Shown: positions 33,976-44,848, numbered from the stretch's first letter. The stretch is 64,000 nucleotides of DNA from Dehalococcoidia bacterium (GCA_965226685.1 CBDDDP010000004.1:1050714-1114713), one strand, 5' to 3'. Numbers and translations: made by a program. Notes: generated from the letters alone by a model not told the origin.

Positions 33976-35331
33976 TCACGACCTGACGAATCCCTCGTAG
34001 TTGCGCATCATCAGCTGCGCTTCGAGTTGTCGCATCGTGTCAAGTGCGACACCGACCATGATGATCATGCTGGTGCTCTGGATGAGCGTCAGCGATGCTT
34101 CGAGGTTAGTGATCAGATTTGCAATCCATGGCGTAATGGCGATTATGCCGAGGAATATTGCCCCACCCCAAGTGATGCGCAATACGATGCGCATAAGATA
34201 GTCGCGCGTCGGTTGACCCGGGCGTATTCCGGGGACGAATCCGCCGTTTCTCTGGAGGCTCTCCGCGAGGTTCTGTTGGTTATGCACGACCAGCGCGTAG
34301 AAGAATGTGAACCCAACGGTGAGCACGAAGATGAGCAACCAATAAGGGTCGCTTGTGAAGGTCAAAGTGCGCGTGACCCAACTTGCCGCCTGGGCTGTGA
34401 AGCTGCTGCTGCCGGGATCGGCGAGGTAGGTCGCGATCGTTGCGGGCAGAGTGACGATTGAGAATGCGAAAATCAGCGGGATCATCCCGGCGGCGTTGAC
34501 GCGCAACGGGATGAACGATGCGCCGGTCTGCCGGTACATCTGACCACCTCGGAAAACGCTGCGACCGTACTGGACCGGAACTCGCCGCTGCGCTTCGTTG
34601 AAAATCACCACCACGAAAATGATGATCAGCATCATTGCGACGAGCATTGTGACTTGGAAGGCCTGATCTCTGAGGGCCCACATTTGGCCGGCTGTCTGCG
34701 GCAGCGATGCCACGATGCCAGCGAAGATGATCAGCGATATTCCGTTGCCGATGCCTTTTTCGGTGACGATCTCACCCATCCACACCAACAGCATCGTAGT
34801 TGCCGTCATGCAGAGGATGATGGTGACGGTGTTCATCGCATCGTCGCCGCCCAATCCGATGCCGGTTATCGCGCCTTGCAACTCGAGCGTGTTGAGCAAC
34901 GCCCAACCTTGAAGGATGGCGAGCGGCACTGTGAGATAGTGGGTGTATCGGTTGAGGGTCCGGCGCCCGGCTTCTCCGCCTTCACGCGACAGTTCGCGGA
35001 GTTGGGGAATTACTGGCGTGAGGACTTGCAAAATAATCGATGCGGTGATGTACGGGTAGACACCCATCGCCGCGATACTGAGCTGGCTCAGCGCGCCGCC
35101 GCTGAAGAGATCCAAGACCCCAAAGACTGGGTTGGCCTCAAAAGCCCGTGCAAGCAGTTCCAGATCAACGCCGGGGTTCGGGACGTGCGCCAAGAACCTG
35201 AACGCGACCAAGATGCCAAGCGTGAAGAGGATGCGGAAGCGCAGATCTGGGACACGCCATGAATCAACAACTGCGCGGAACAACGCCGGCAGTGCGGATT
35301 GGCGTCCTGTCTGGGCCCCGGTGGTCTGCAT
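33976..35331 (-). CDS. secY: preprotein translocase subunit SecY
   Basis: 451 aa, 10-TM, with LGVLDLFSGGALSQLSIAAMGVYPYITASII. Confidence 0.95.
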   Translation of the reverse strand: MQTTGAQTGRQSALPALFRAVVDSWRVPDLRFRILFTLGILVAFRFLAHVPNPGVDLELLARAFEANPVFGVLDLFSGGALSQLSIAAMGVYPYITASIILQVLTPVIPQLRELSREGGEAGRRTLNRYTHYLTVPLAILQGWALLNTLELQGAITGIGLGGDDAMNTVTIILCMTATTMLLVWMGEIVTEKGIGNGISLIIFAGIVASLPQTAGQMWALRDQAFQVTMLVAMMLIIIFVVVIFNEAQRRVPVQYGRSVFRGGQMYRQTGASFIPLRVNAAGMIPLIFAFSIVTLPATIATYLADPGSSSFTAQAASWVTRTLTFTSDPYWLLIFVLTVGFTFFYALVVHNQQNLAESLQRNGGFVPGIRPGQPTRDYLMRIVLRITWGGAIFLGIIAITPWIANLITNLEASLTLIQSTSMIIMVGVALDTMRQLEAQLMMRNYEGFVRS

Positions 35332-35355
35332 TAGTAAGATACCGTCCGGTTCGGA

Positions 35356-35835
35356 CTATTCGCTCGAATCGGCTTCTTCGGCCGTGTCGGGAGCATCAAA
35401 GACCGTGACGCTGCCGCCCGCCGCCTCAACCTTGGCACGCGCACTCGCCGAGCATGCGTGCACCGAAACGTGAACGCTCTTTTCGACGTCACCATCGCCG
35501 AGGAGTTTGACTGGAAAGTTCGCGTTGCGCACCAAACGAATCGCTACGAATTCGTCGGGGCCGATATGTGCGCCGTCGTCGAACGCGTTAAGACTACCCA
35601 CGTTTACCGGCGTGTATTCCACGCGGAAGTTGTTGGTGAAACCGCGCATGAACGGCAGTCGCTTTACCAAACGCAGTTGACCGCCTTCGAAAAGAAACGG
35701 CACTTTACCGGTTTGGAGCTGTCCTTTGCTTCCGCGCCCCGAGTATGATCCGCGGTTGCTGCCGTCACCGCGGCCAACGCGCTTGCGTTTTCGGCGGGAA
35801 CCTGCGGCGGGTTTCAGTTGATGCAATCCTGGCAT
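35356..35835 (-). CDS. rplO: 50S ribosomal protein L15
   Basis: 159 aa with LHQLKPAAGSRRKRKRVGRG and GRGSKGQ. Confidence 0.95.
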   Translation of the reverse strand: MPGLHQLKPAAGSRRKRKRVGRGDGSNRGSYSGRGSKGQLQTGKVPFLFEGGQLRLVKRLPFMRGFTNNFRVEYTPVNVGSLNAFDDGAHIGPDEFVAIRLVRNANFPVKLLGDGDVEKSVHVSVHACSASARAKVEAAGGSVTVFDAPDTAEEADSSE

Positions 35836-35855
35836 TTCGATAACTCGTCAGTTTC

Positions 35856-36032
35856 TTAGGTAACGATCTCAACTAGGTGTGAGATTTTGTTTACCATTCC
35901 CCGAATTTGTACAGTGTCACGCTGCGCAACAACGTGGTTGATGCGCTTCAAACCGAGCGCCTTCAATGTCGCTCGGTGCTTGGGAATCGACCCGATCTCG
36001 CTACGAACTTGTTTGATGCGTATTTCACTCAT
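35856..36032 (-). CDS. rpmD: 50S ribosomal protein L30
   Basis: Hand-translated and below the cutoff: [58 protein letters not shown]. The ATG (36032-36030) overlaps the rpsE stop by 1 nt (TGATG). Confidence 0.9.
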   Translation of the reverse strand: MSEIRIKQVRSEIGSIPKHRATLKALGLKRINHVVAQRDTVQIRGMVNKISHLVEIVT

Positions 36033-36763
36033 CAGGATTGTTCACTCATCGGGGCTTCATTTTCGGGCGCTTCGGAAGAATCATCAGCAGAAGATTCAAC
36101 GACCGCGGCATCATCCGGCGATTGCTCTTCAACCGGAGAACCGTTTTCCGACGTTTCTGCTTCGGATCCGTCGGTGTCTGCACTTACCGTTGGCGTGTGC
36201 ACACCCGCCAGCCCAAGGCGTCGAGCTCGTTCAGTTTGCGGATCTCTGAGCATCGACAAGGCTTTGATCGTTGCTTTGACCGTGTTGACCGGATTGTTGC
36301 CGCCGTAGGTTTTCGAAAGCACGTCTTGGATACCAGCAGCTTCAATTACTGCGCGTACTCCGCCGCCGGCGATTACACCGGTTCCAGGTGCGGCTGGCAA
36401 CAGCAAAACTTTGGCACTACCAAACTTGGCGAAAACCTCGTGTGGGATGGTGCCGTCTTTGGTGATGATCTGTTGCATCGCCCTCTCGGCGTTTTGGCGT
36501 CCTTTACGCACGGCGTCCGGCACGGAAGCGGCCTTGCCAAGCTCCGCACCGACTCGTCCGTTGTAGTCGCCGACTACCATCATGGCGCTGAACGATAGAT
36601 TTCGACCACCCTTAACTACTTTCGAGACGCGGCGGATTTTCACCGCTCGTTCGAAAAGCTCGGGCCTGTCAGACGCTTCGTCTCGGCGCGGGCGTCGGCG
36701 CGTTCTGCTGCGACGGTTCCCGTCCGAGCGCGATTCACGCGATGTGCCGGTTTGAGTAACCAT
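36032..36763 (-). CDS. rpsE: 30S ribosomal protein S5 with basic N-terminal and long acidic C-terminal extensions
   Basis: 243 aa. S5 core [30 protein letters not shown]...[13 protein letters not shown], followed by a tail of about 60 aa, ...[50 protein letters not shown]. Confidence 0.95.
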   Translation of the reverse strand: MVTQTGTSRESRSDGNRRSRTRRRPRRDEASDRPELFERAVKIRRVSKVVKGGRNLSFSAMMVVGDYNGRVGAELGKAASVPDAVRKGRQNAERAMQQIITKDGTIPHEVFAKFGSAKVLLLPAAPGTGVIAGGGVRAVIEAAGIQDVLSKTYGGNNPVNTVKATIKALSMLRDPQTERARRLGLAGVHTPTVSADTDGSEAETSENGSPVEEQSPDDAAVVESSADDSSEAPENEAPMSEQS

Positions 36764-36765
36764 GG

Positions 36766-37119
36766 TTAAAATTCAAGACCCTCCGCACGGGCAGCATCAG
36801 CCAACGCCTTAACACGTCCGTGATATTGATACCCGCCTCGGTCGAACACTACTTTGTTCACACCTTGTTCCAAGGCGCGCTTGGCGACCGCGGCACCAAC
36901 GCTCTTTGCAGCGTCGGTCTTGCCGCCATCGGCATCAGTTTCGATAGATGAAGCGCTAACCAGCGTATGGCCGATCGCATCATCGATGATTTGGGCGTAG
37001 ATTTGTTTGTTGCTTCGGAACACCGAAAGTCGCGGCCTGTCACCACCGCCAATGACCCTTCGGCGTACCCGACGGTGGCGGATCCAACGAGGTCGTTGGT
37101 CGAATTTTCTGTTAGCCAT
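36766..37119 (-). CDS. rplR: 50S ribosomal protein L18
   Basis: 117 aa with [20 protein letters not shown] and [20 protein letters not shown]. Confidence 0.95.
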   Translation of the reverse strand: MANRKFDQRPRWIRHRRVRRRVIGGGDRPRLSVFRSNKQIYAQIIDDAIGHTLVSASSIETDADGGKTDAAKSVGAAVAKRALEQGVNKVVFDRGGYQYHGRVKALADAARAEGLEF

Positions 37120-37126
37120 CTAGCGC

Positions 37127-37696
37127 TTAACCTCCCACACCGGCGACGGTCTTGCCAACCCGCAAGCGCAGCTGTTCGCCTACGTATGCGATTCCGAACA
37201 ACGGAATTCGACCGGCTTTGCTCTGGAAACGGCTCGGTTTGCGGACGGAACGGATGTTTGCCGCCTGTTGTCCGACTTCCTGCTTATCGGGACCCGTGAC
37301 CGTGATAATGGTGTTGCCCTCGACTCCGAGTATGTTCTTCCCGATCGGTTCGATTTCTACCGGGTGCGAATAACCTGCAAGAATTTCCAGTCCCTTGCCC
37401 TTCTGCGCGGCGCGGTAACCGGTCCCGTACATGATCAGGCGCTTGCTGAATCCGTCGTCCACTCCGGTGACCATATTGTTGATGAGACTGCGGGCCAACC
37501 CGTGCAACGATTTTTGCTCGCTTGTTTCGTTGGAACGCGTTACCACGACCTCAGAACCGTTAACCTCGACTTTGATGCCGCGGTGCAGGTTTTGGGACAA
37601 TTCGCCCAATTTGCCTTTGACCGTCACTGTGTTACCGCTGACTTTTACGTCAACGCCGCTTGGTATCGTTATTGGGTTTTTACCTACTCTAGACAC
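37127..37696 (-). CDS. rplF: 50S ribosomal protein L6
   Basis: 189 aa with MSRVGKNPITIPSGVDVKVSGNTVTVKG. Confidence 0.95.
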   Translation of the reverse strand: MSRVGKNPITIPSGVDVKVSGNTVTVKGKLGELSQNLHRGIKVEVNGSEVVVTRSNETSEQKSLHGLARSLINNMVTGVDDGFSKRLIMYGTGYRAAQKGKGLEILAGYSHPVEIEPIGKNILGVEGNTIITVTGPDKQEVGQQAANIRSVRKPSRFQSKAGRIPLFGIAYVGEQLRLRVGKTVAGVGG

Positions 37697-37732
37697 TTGA
37701 AATTTCCGTTTGGACTACTTGATCCGTCAAAA

Positions 37733-38134
37733 TCACCAGACGTAGAACAGCAACTCGCCGCCCACGCCCGAACGTCGAGCCTGGTCCGAGGTCATCACGC
37801 CTTTCGACGTCGACATGAACGCTACCCCACGACCACCGAAATAGCGCGGGATCTCGTTTTTACCCACATAGATGCGGCTACCCGGTTTGCTGACGCGTTT
37901 CAAACCGGTGATTACCGATTCGTCGTTGTCGTCGTAGTACCGCAGAGTGACCTCGAAATCGGCTTTTACCCCGTCGCGGTGCGTCTGCACGTTCGAGATG
38001 AATCCCTCGTCACGCATCAATCGCAGCAATCCTCGCTTCATTTGCGAATGTGGGATCTTCACCGTGTCGTGATGCGACATCACCGCATTGCGGATGCGGG
38101 TCAACATGTCTGATATTGGGTCGGTAACTGGCAT
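37733..38134 (-). CDS. rpsH: 30S ribosomal protein S8
   Basis: The ORF is open to 38299. The conserved start is ATG 38134 (MPVTDPISDMLTRIRNA). Confidence 0.95.
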   Translation of the reverse strand: MPVTDPISDMLTRIRNAVMSHHDTVKIPHSQMKRGLLRLMRDEGFISNVQTHRDGVKADFEVTLRYYDDNDESVITGLKRVSKPGSRIYVGKNEIPRYFGGRGVAFMSTSKGVMTSDQARRSGVGGELLFYVW

Positions 38135-38181
38135 TGTTCGATCTGTTGAATTTCTTCGCTGTCTGTTATTGAGTTCGGCGT

Positions 38182-38487
38182 CTAAAGGCTGGCTTTGCGG
38201 ATACCCGGCAAGTTCCCGAGCAAGGCTTGTTCGCGAAACACTATTCTGCACAATCCGAAGAACCGAATGTATGCCCGCGGACGACCAGTGGCGAAGCACC
38301 GGTTTCGCCGGCGGACGTGGCTGGAGTTCTTGGGAAGCAGATGCAAGCGCCGACGGGCTTCCATCTGCTCTTCAAACGATCGTTGAGGATCGTTTGCCAT
38401 GTACTTGAGTTCTGCACGGTTTCGGGCGTGCTTCTCAGCGAGAAGCGCACGCTTCTTTTCACGTTCTATTATCGCTTTGCGAGCCAT
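38182..38487 (-). CDS. rpsN: 30S ribosomal protein S14 (long, non-zinc form)
   Basis: 101 aa with [26 protein letters not shown]. It ends KASL rather than the usual KASW. Confidence 0.9.
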   Translation of the reverse strand: MARKAIIEREKKRALLAEKHARNRAELKYMANDPQRSFEEQMEARRRLHLLPKNSSHVRRRNRCFATGRPRAYIRFFGLCRIVFREQALLGNLPGIRKASL

Positions 38488-38530
38488 ATGTTTCGATCTC
38501 TTCTATCCATGCCGAATTCGGCACCAGTTG

Positions 38531-39127
38531 TCAATCTAAGGGGCCACTTCCGGGTCTCGTCGCAAAAGGCATGCCCAGCAAATCGAGCAACCTGCGACCT
38601 TCCTCATCGGTGCGGGCGGTTGTAACAATCACAACTTGGAGCCCGCGCAACCGGTCTATTCGATTGTAGTCAATCTCGGGGAACACAACTTGTTCGGTCA
38701 GACCCATGCTGTAGTTGCCGTTGCCATCGAACGAGTTTCGGTTGGTGCCACGGAAGTCTCTTACACGAGGCAGCGCGACGTTGACCAGCCGATCATAGAA
38801 CTGCCACATGCGATGAGATCGCAACGTTACCGACGCGCCGATAGGCATACCCTCACGCAACTTGAAATTCGCGATCGATTTTTTTGCGCGGTTCACGATC
38901 GGCTTTTGACCTGTAATCGTTGCCAAGTCGCCAGTCGCGGCATCGATGGCGTTGGAGTTGTCGATCGCCTCGCCTAGTCCGATATTGACGATGATCTTTT
39001 CCAGTTTTGGGAGCTGCAACGGGTTCGTGTATCCGAACTCGCGCGTCAAGACCGGTACTGCCTCGGATCGATACTGCGAAAGAAGACGCGGCATGGTCAT
39101 TGTTGTACTGCCGTTGGATTCAACCAT
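38531..39127 (-). CDS. rplE: 50S ribosomal protein L5
   Basis: Contains [35 protein letters not shown]. The start is ambiguous: ATG 39127 (SD AGGTGG, overlaps the rplX stop), GTG 39136, or ATG 39094 (MPRL). Confidence 0.9.
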   Translation of the reverse strand: MVESNGSTTMTMPRLLSQYRSEAVPVLTREFGYTNPLQLPKLEKIIVNIGLGEAIDNSNAIDAATGDLATITGQKPIVNRAKKSIANFKLREGMPIGASVTLRSHRMWQFYDRLVNVALPRVRDFRGTNRNSFDGNGNYSMGLTEQVVFPEIDYNRIDRLRGLQVVIVTTARTDEEGRRLLDLLGMPFATRPGSGPLD

Positions 39128-39431
39128 TGCGCCCACCTTTTACAGTTCTTACGCGGGTGCCGTCTTCGAGCTCACGCCATCGAACACGTCCGACCTCGCC
39201 AGTGTCAGCATCGACCAAAACGACATTGGAGACGTGAATGGAAGCCTCGCCTTCGACGATGCCGGTTTGAATCACGCCTCGACGGCGTCCCATGTGACGT
39301 TTGACCAAGTTGACGCCTTCAACGAAGACGCGCTGCTTCTTGAGGTCGACGTGAATCACTTCGCCTCGAGCACCTTTGTCTTTACCGGACACCACGAGAA
39401 CGGTGTCCCCTTTTTTGATCTTGTTAGGCAT
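39120..39431 (-). CDS. rplX: 50S ribosomal protein L24
   Basis: The ORF is open to 39551. The conserved start is ATG 39431 ([25 protein letters not shown]). Confidence 0.95.
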   Translation of the reverse strand: MPNKIKKGDTVLVVSGKDKGARGEVIHVDLKKQRVFVEGVNLVKRHMGRRRGVIQTGIVEGEASIHVSNVVLVDADTGEVGRVRWRELEDGTRVRTVKGGRNG

Positions 39432-39441
39432 TTTCTTTCGT

Positions 39442-39810
39442 CTACAGAACTTCTGGTGCCAACGAAACGATGCGGTTGAATTCGCGTTCTCGCAACTCGC
39501 GGGCAACTGGTCCGAATATGCGCGTGCCGCGTGGGTTACCGTCTTCGGCAACGATCACGCAGGCGTTGTCGTCGAATTTGATGTACGAACCGTCTAATCG
39601 GCGATATTCCTTGGTGGTTCGGACGATGACGGCCTTGACGACCTCGTGCATGCCCACGGCGCCGCCGGGTTGGGCAGCTTTTACCGTACACGTGATTATG
39701 TCGCCCAGTCCAGCGTATCGGCGGTTGCTGGCTCCGGTCATGTTGATGCAAAGCACCTCGCGGGCGCCAGAGTTATCGGCAACTCTGAGGCGTGTCTCTC
39801 GCAGAATCAT
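39442..39810 (-). CDS. rplN: 50S ribosomal protein L14
   Basis: 122 aa with [19 protein letters not shown]. Confidence 0.95.
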   Translation of the reverse strand: MILRETRLRVADNSGAREVLCINMTGASNRRYAGLGDIITCTVKAAQPGGAVGMHEVVKAVIVRTTKEYRRLDGSYIKFDDNACVIVAEDGNPRGTRIFGPVARELREREFNRIVSLAPEVL

Positions 39811-40124
39811 TGCCCGTCTCCAATTGCGACGTCTTGCTGATCGATCTCTTCAGGCGAATCATCGGGATCGACGACCTCTATTTGCTCGACGACCTGTCGC
39901 AGACGCCATCGCTTCGTCTTGGACAACGGGCGGTGTTCTTCAATGATCACTCGGTCGCCCACAGAAGCCTCGTTGTGCTCGTCGTGCGCCACGAATTTTG
40001 TGATACGACGACGGTTTCGCTTGTACACGCGGTGACGTTGCGACCACGAATATGCGACGACTATAGTCTTGTCGTTTTTGTCGCGGATCACCGTGCCGGT
40101 GCGCGTCTTACGTTGTCCTGCCAT
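39807..40124 (-). CDS. rpsQ: 30S ribosomal protein S17
   Basis: 105 aa with [19 protein letters not shown] and an acidic C-terminal tail [22 protein letters not shown]. 4-nt overlap with rplN. Confidence 0.95.
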   Translation of the reverse strand: MAGQRKTRTGTVIRDKNDKTIVVAYSWSQRHRVYKRNRRRITKFVAHDEHNEASVGDRVIIEEHRPLSKTKRWRLRQVVEQIEVVDPDDSPEEIDQQDVAIGDGQ

Positions 40125-40172
40125 CTATTTGATTTCCTCAAAAATGCGATAAATCTCGCAATTCGGATGTGA

Positions 40173-40394
40173 TTAGGATGAAGCCTCGCTGAGTCCCAAC
40201 TCTTCGACAATTTGCCGTTCTCGGAGAACGGTATGGATGCGAGCGATGTTGCGACGCGCGTCGCGCAACGCGTTCGTATTCGTCAATTGACGCGTCGTTT
40301 TCTGGAATCGCAGGTTCATCATTGAGCGTTCCTGTTCCAGCAACTCGCGCCAAAGTTCGGTGTTGGTGAGCTCTCTTACCTCTGAGATGTGCAT
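40173..40394 (-). CDS. rpmC: 50S ribosomal protein L29
   Basis: 73 aa with ELTNTELWRELLEQERSMMNLRFQ. Confidence 0.9.
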   Translation of the reverse strand: MHISEVRELTNTELWRELLEQERSMMNLRFQKTTRQLTNTNALRDARRNIARIHTVLRERQIVEELGLSEASS

Positions 40395-40433
40395 ATGATC
40401 AAAACCTTCGGGAGTTCATGACTCCGTCTCAAC

Positions 40434-40850
40434 CTAGAGCTCGTCCGCTCGAGAAACGATTTTCACCGGTATGGGAAGCTTCGCACCCGCTCGGCGCAAT
40501 GCCTCGCGCGCAGCGTCTTCCGAAACGTCCGCGATCTCGTACATGATTCGTCCGCGGCGAACCGGTGCCACCCAGTGATCGACCGCTCCTTTGCCGCCGC
40601 CCATGCGAGTTTCGGCCGGTCTTGACGACACTGGTTTGTCCGGAAATATCCGAATCCAGACCTGGCCACCACGTTGGACATATCCTGTGATGGCGCGTCG
40701 ACCAGACTCGATCTGTCTCGAAGTGATCCAGCTCGCTTCCATGGCTTTGAGACCGAAGTCCCCGAAAGCCAGATTGCTGCCACGATTCGAAACGCCGCGC
40801 ATCTTGCCGCGTTGCTGCTTGCGAAACTTTGTTCTTCGGGGCTGTAGCAT
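40434..40850 (-). CDS. rplP: 50S ribosomal protein L16
   Basis: 138 aa with [19 protein letters not shown]. Confidence 0.95.
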   Translation of the reverse strand: MLQPRRTKFRKQQRGKMRGVSNRGSNLAFGDFGLKAMEASWITSRQIESGRRAITGYVQRGGQVWIRIFPDKPVSSRPAETRMGGGKGAVDHWVAPVRRGRIMYEIADVSEDAAREALRRAGAKLPIPVKIVSRADEL

Positions 40851-40900
40851 CTGTCGTAAACCTCAACTGCCGAACCGCGCGTGTGCGATCGGCCAACTTT

Positions 40901-41614
40901 CTATCTTCGGTGCCTTTGGGCCCGACCCAGTCCGATCGGCGACACTCCGCTAGTTCCGGCCGTTCGCTGGGCTCGACCATCAGTCGGCATGTCTCCGGTG
41001 AAAATCCAGACTTTGATGCCGATGACGCCGAACGTCGTGTGGGCTTCCGAGATTGCGAAATCGATCTTGGCGCGCAGCGTGTGCAAAGGCACTCGGCCTT
41101 CCATCTGCTTGTCAACTCGTGCGATCTCCGCGCCGCCTAGACGACCGGAAACAACGACTTTGACGCCTTCGGCACCTGAGTCCATCGTTCGTTGCATGGC
41201 CATACGGACCGCACGCCGGTAAGGTATTCGTCTTTCCAGCTGTTCGGCGAGGCTTTGCCCGACCAGTTTGGCGTCAAGTTCGGGAACCTTGATTTCGTCC
41301 GCTGAAATCCTGACGCGGCGCCCGGTGGAGCGTTCTATGATGTGTCGCAACCGGTCGATACGCTGGCCATTACGACCAATGACGATGCCGGGACGGCTCG
41401 TGTAGACGTGGATACTCATGTCGCCGCCGCCGCGATCGATTTCGACTCGGGAGATCGCACCTTCGCCTTCGTACTCTTCAGCGACGATCTGTCGAATCCT
41501 ATAGTCCTCTTGCACCAATTCGCGGTACCCTTCGGGTTTGCCCGCAAACCAGTTAGAACGCCATTCGGCGGATACGCCTAGGCGGAAACCTATCGGATGT
41601 GTTTTCTGTCCCAT
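40901..41614 (-). CDS. rpsC: 30S ribosomal protein S3
   Basis: 237 aa with MGQKTHPIGFRLGV and a KH domain. Confidence 0.95.
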   Translation of the reverse strand: MGQKTHPIGFRLGVSAEWRSNWFAGKPEGYRELVQEDYRIRQIVAEEYEGEGAISRVEIDRGGGDMSIHVYTSRPGIVIGRNGQRIDRLRHIIERSTGRRVRISADEIKVPELDAKLVGQSLAEQLERRIPYRRAVRMAMQRTMDSGAEGVKVVVSGRLGGAEIARVDKQMEGRVPLHTLRAKIDFAISEAHTTFGVIGIKVWIFTGDMPTDGRAQRTAGTSGVSPIGLGRAQRHRR

Positions 41615-41656
41615 TAATGTTCCGATCGTCAGGAGCCAGCGCCGCTTGAGCTTCGC

Positions 41657-41986
41657 CTATCCCTCGTCTACCTCGATTGTGATGTGCGACGTTGGTCGGT
41701 TGAAGGCGCCCGCGCGGCCTCGTGCCTTGGGTCGAAAGCGCCGCATCGTTACCGACTTGTCGGCCACGATCTTCTTTACTACCAAAGATTCACGATCTTG
41801 CAGATCGTTGTTCTCCGCGTTCGCAGCAGCCGAATGCAAAACCTTGTAAATGATGTGCGCGCTCGGGGTCGTCATGTAGCGGAGATAGGCCAGCGCGTCG
41901 TCGACCTTCCTGCCGCGCAATTCGTCCATCACAAGTCGCAACTTGCGGGCGGATATTCCTATATTTTTGGCTCGTGCGAACGCCAT
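41657..41986 (-). CDS. rplV: 50S ribosomal protein L22
   Basis: 109 aa with AKNIGISARKLRLVMDELRGRKV. Confidence 0.95.
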   Translation of the reverse strand: MAFARAKNIGISARKLRLVMDELRGRKVDDALAYLRYMTTPSAHIIYKVLHSAAANAENNDLQDRESLVVKKIVADKSVTMRRFRPKARGRAGAFNRPTSHITIEVDEG

Positions 41987-41998
41987 CGCTTGGATTCC

Positions 41999-42262
41999 TC
42001 AGCGGTTCCCCGAGTGGGAGCGGAACACGCGGGTTGCCGAGAACTCTCCCAATCGGTGACCAACCATGTTTTCTGTGACCAGCACCGGTACGAACGTCCG
42101 GCCGTTGTGCACGGCAAACGTCAGGCCGACCATGTCAGGCATAATCGTCGACGCGCGCGCCCATGTGCGGATCGCTCCACGAGTCCGCTCGCGCCGCGCC
42201 CTGGCTACCTTTTTCATCAGTTTGGGGTCCACGAATGGACCCTTCTTTACCGATCTGCTCAT
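41999..42262 (-). CDS. rpsS: 30S ribosomal protein S19
   Basis: 87 aa with [15 protein letters not shown] and HNGRTFVPV. Confidence 0.95.
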   Translation of the reverse strand: MSRSVKKGPFVDPKLMKKVARARRERTRGAIRTWARASTIMPDMVGLTFAVHNGRTFVPVLVTENMVGHRLGEFSATRVFRSHSGNR

Positions 42263-42309
42263 GTTCTACTAACTCGACTATCGATTCAAAATCGTTTACG
42301 TCCGGCGGA

Positions 42310-43137
42310 TCAGCGTTCGTAACGCCGGCGTCGGATGAACTTGTCTGTGCGCTTGTTACGTCGCGTTCGGTAACCAAGGGTTGGTTTGCCCCAAGGTGTC
42401 TTCGGCTTCGAGAACCCGATACCGGAACGGCCTTCACCACCACCGTGCGGGTGGGCGTCGGGAGACATCGCTGTTCCTCGCACGCTCGGACGCTTCCCGC
42501 GGTGTCGGGAACGACCAGCCTTGCCGAGCTTGATGTTCTTGTGATCTGGATTGGATACTACGCCGATTGTGGCTTTGCACTCTTGCCTGACTTGACGCAT
42601 CTCGCCCGAAGGCAACCGCAGCAGAATGAACGATCCTTCGTGGGCCATTACCTGCGCACCGGTGCCGGCGCCTTTTGCGAGCTGACCGCCACTCCCCGGC
42701 GTCATCTCTATGTTGTGGACCATTGTTCCCTGCGGAATATTCATCAAAGACTTGGTGTTACCGGGCAAGTCCGGAGCGTCGGGTCCGGCTTCGACCTTGC
42801 GGCCTACTGTGAGCCCTTGCGGCGCTACGATGTACGATTTCTGTCCGTCTTCGTATTGGATCAAGGCGATCCGCGCGCTGCGGTTGGGGTCGTACTCGAT
42901 CCCCATAACTTCGGCTTCACCGGATCGGTTGCGCTTGAAATCGACCAAGCGGTATCGGCGCTTGTGACCACCACCGCGGCGGCGCACCGTGATACGTCCT
43001 TGGTTGTTGCGTCCGCCCTTCTTCGTCATCGGCGCGAGCAACGATTTTTCAGGTCGTTTCTTGGTGATGTCCGAAAAGTCGTCGACAACGTTGTTTCGAC
43101 GACCGGGCGATGTGGGTTTATGTTCCTTCAATGGCAT
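42310..43137 (-). CDS. rplB: 50S ribosomal protein L2
   Basis: 275 aa with GGGHKRRYR and [13 protein letters not shown]. Confidence 0.95.
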   Translation of the reverse strand: MPLKEHKPTSPGRRNNVVDDFSDITKKRPEKSLLAPMTKKGGRNNQGRITVRRRGGGHKRRYRLVDFKRNRSGEAEVMGIEYDPNRSARIALIQYEDGQKSYIVAPQGLTVGRKVEAGPDAPDLPGNTKSLMNIPQGTMVHNIEMTPGSGGQLAKGAGTGAQVMAHEGSFILLRLPSGEMRQVRQECKATIGVVSNPDHKNIKLGKAGRSRHRGKRPSVRGTAMSPDAHPHGGGEGRSGIGFSKPKTPWGKPTLGYRTRRNKRTDKFIRRRRYER

Positions 43138-43154
43138 ATCTGAGGATCCGTAAA

Positions 43155-43439
43155 CTATGCGCCTTCGAATAGCACGATGGTATCGCCGGGCGTCAAAGTG
43201 ACGATCGCGCGCTTGACGTCGGGCCGTTTCTTCTCACGGAAACCCCGACGCTTCATCTTGCCTCGCCGACGATAGGTGTTGACCGAAACAACCTTCACAT
43301 CGAACGCCCACTCGACGGCGCGCGCGATGTCGTACTTCGTCGCTTTCATGTCAACGTCGAACACGTAGCGGTTCTGCTCGTTGAGCAGCGTCGATTTTTC
43401 CGTAATTACCGGTCGTTGGAGCGTCCTAGCGATCTTCAT
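43155..43439 (-). CDS. rplW: 50S ribosomal protein L23
   Basis: The ORF is open to 43475. ATG 43439 ([16 protein letters not shown]) overlaps the rplD stop by 1 nt. Confidence 0.9.
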   Translation of the reverse strand: MKIARTLQRPVITEKSTLLNEQNRYVFDVDMKATKYDIARAVEWAFDVKVVSVNTYRRRGKMKRRGFREKKRPDVKRAIVTLTPGDTIVLFEGA

Positions 43440-44086
43440 CACACCGCCTCCGTCGGAACTTTGGCATCGTCCCAAAGGCTATCGATGCGCTCAACCGCGC
43501 CACGCGTAGCTACGATGTTTCCTGCCGCTGCTGCGCTAGTCGCGTTAAGTCCATCGGCGTAGATAACGTCGACGCGCTCGGCGCCGCGGACAGACAGGAC
43601 CAGATTGGGTTCGTTTTCTTCAACCACCAACAATATCTTGCCTCTTAGGCCTAGTGAGGAGACTAAATTGACGACCTCTTTCGTCCTGGGCGCGTCCAAC
43701 TCGAATTCTTCGAGAACGGTCAACCGTTCTTCGCGAACCTTGTCGCTCAGTGCAACTCGCAATGCCTGTCGGCGCATCTTTTTGGGTAATCGTTGCCTGT
43801 AGCTTCTGGCGTGGGGACCGAAAATGACGCCACCGCCTACCAACGTTGGAGATTTTCGACTGCCGAGGCGCGCACTGCCGGTGTGTTTCTGCGCGCGTAT
43901 TTTGCGGGTGGAGTACGAGACTTGCCCGCGAGTTTGCGATTCGTGTGTCCCTTGGCGCCGATTGGCGAGTTGCGCAACCACGACCTGTTGCAATAGCGCG
44001 TCATTCGATGGCGCGGACCAAACGCGGTCGCTGACATCGACGCTACCGACAACGTCGCCGTTCTTGTTCTTGACTGATAGTTCCAT
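43439..44086 (-). CDS. rplD: 50S ribosomal protein L4
   Basis: 215 aa with RQGTHESQTRGQVSYSTRKIRAQKHTGSARLGS. Confidence 0.95.
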   Translation of the reverse strand: MELSVKNKNGDVVGSVDVSDRVWSAPSNDALLQQVVVAQLANRRQGTHESQTRGQVSYSTRKIRAQKHTGSARLGSRKSPTLVGGGVIFGPHARSYRQRLPKKMRRQALRVALSDKVREERLTVLEEFELDAPRTKEVVNLVSSLGLRGKILLVVEENEPNLVLSVRGAERVDVIYADGLNATSAAAAGNIVATRGAVERIDSLWDDAKVPTEAV

Positions 44087-44099
44087 CGCCAGTTCTGCC

Positions 44100-44795
44100 T
44101 CAACCTTGCTTTTCGATGCGTACTAGGCTGTTGCGAGCGCCCGGAACTGCGCCCTTGACCAATATGTAATTTTGACCGACATCTACGCCAGCCACCTTCA
44201 ATCCGCTCGTCGTCACGGTGCGGTCGCCCATGTGCCCTGCCATGCGGGTGCCGGGCCAAACCCGACCGGGGGATGTTCCCGCGCCTACCGAACCCCCTGC
44301 GCGGTGCCGGTCCGACTGTCCGTGCGTCTTCGGTCCGCCAGCGAAACCGTGCCGCTTGACTCCGCCTTGGAAGCCCTTGCCTTTAGAGGTTCCCGTCACT
44401 TTGATTGCGTCCCCTTCGGAGAACACGTTGGCCCGAATTTCCTGACCAACTTCGTATTCGCCGAGATCTGAGACTTTGAATTCCTGCAAGTGCCGGTAGC
44501 TGCCGTTAGCCCGTGCGAAGTGACCCCGCATCGGCATGTTGACCTTTTTGGCCCGCATGAAACCGACCTGCACCGCCTGATAGCCATCGCGCTGCTCGGT
44601 CTTAACCTGCGTAACAACGCATGGGCCGACCTCGACCATGGTCACCGCGTTGGCATGCCCTTCGTCGTCGTAAATCGTCGTCATGCCGATCTTGCGGCCA
44701 AGCAATCCAGGCATGGATTGAGGTGCTTCCGGAACGGCGATGTCGTCCGCGATTGCCGACTCTACGTCAACTGTGTCTTGTTCTTGCGTCGTCAT
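44100..44795 (-). CDS. rplC: 50S ribosomal protein L3
   Basis: 231 aa. The conserved core starts at MPGLLGRKIGMTTIY (ATG 44714). The longer ORF adds a 27-aa acidic N-terminal extension. Start unresolved. Confidence 0.9.
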   Translation of the reverse strand: MTTQEQDTVDVESAIADDIAVPEAPQSMPGLLGRKIGMTTIYDDEGHANAVTMVEVGPCVVTQVKTEQRDGYQAVQVGFMRAKKVNMPMRGHFARANGSYRHLQEFKVSDLGEYEVGQEIRANVFSEGDAIKVTGTSKGKGFQGGVKRHGFAGGPKTHGQSDRHRAGGSVGAGTSPGRVWPGTRMAGHMGDRTVTTSGLKVAGVDVGQNYILVKGAVPGARNSLVRIEKQG

Positions 44796-44848
44796 CTCTA
44801 GCCGTTCAGTTCAATAAGCCCGAGCGCCCCGATTGGGTCGCTCCGGCT

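Noticed and set aside
33646-34461. 271-aa plus-strand ORF
   Set aside because: It is antisense to adk/secY.
37268-38113. 281-aa plus-strand ORF
   Set aside because: It is antisense to rplF/rpsH.
40429-41115. 228-aa minus-strand ORF overlapping rplP and rpsC in another frame
   Set aside because: It is an Arg-rich alternative frame of two canonical ribosomal protein genes.
42163-43143. 326-aa plus-strand ORF
   Set aside because: It is antisense to rplB/rpsS and no family was recognised.
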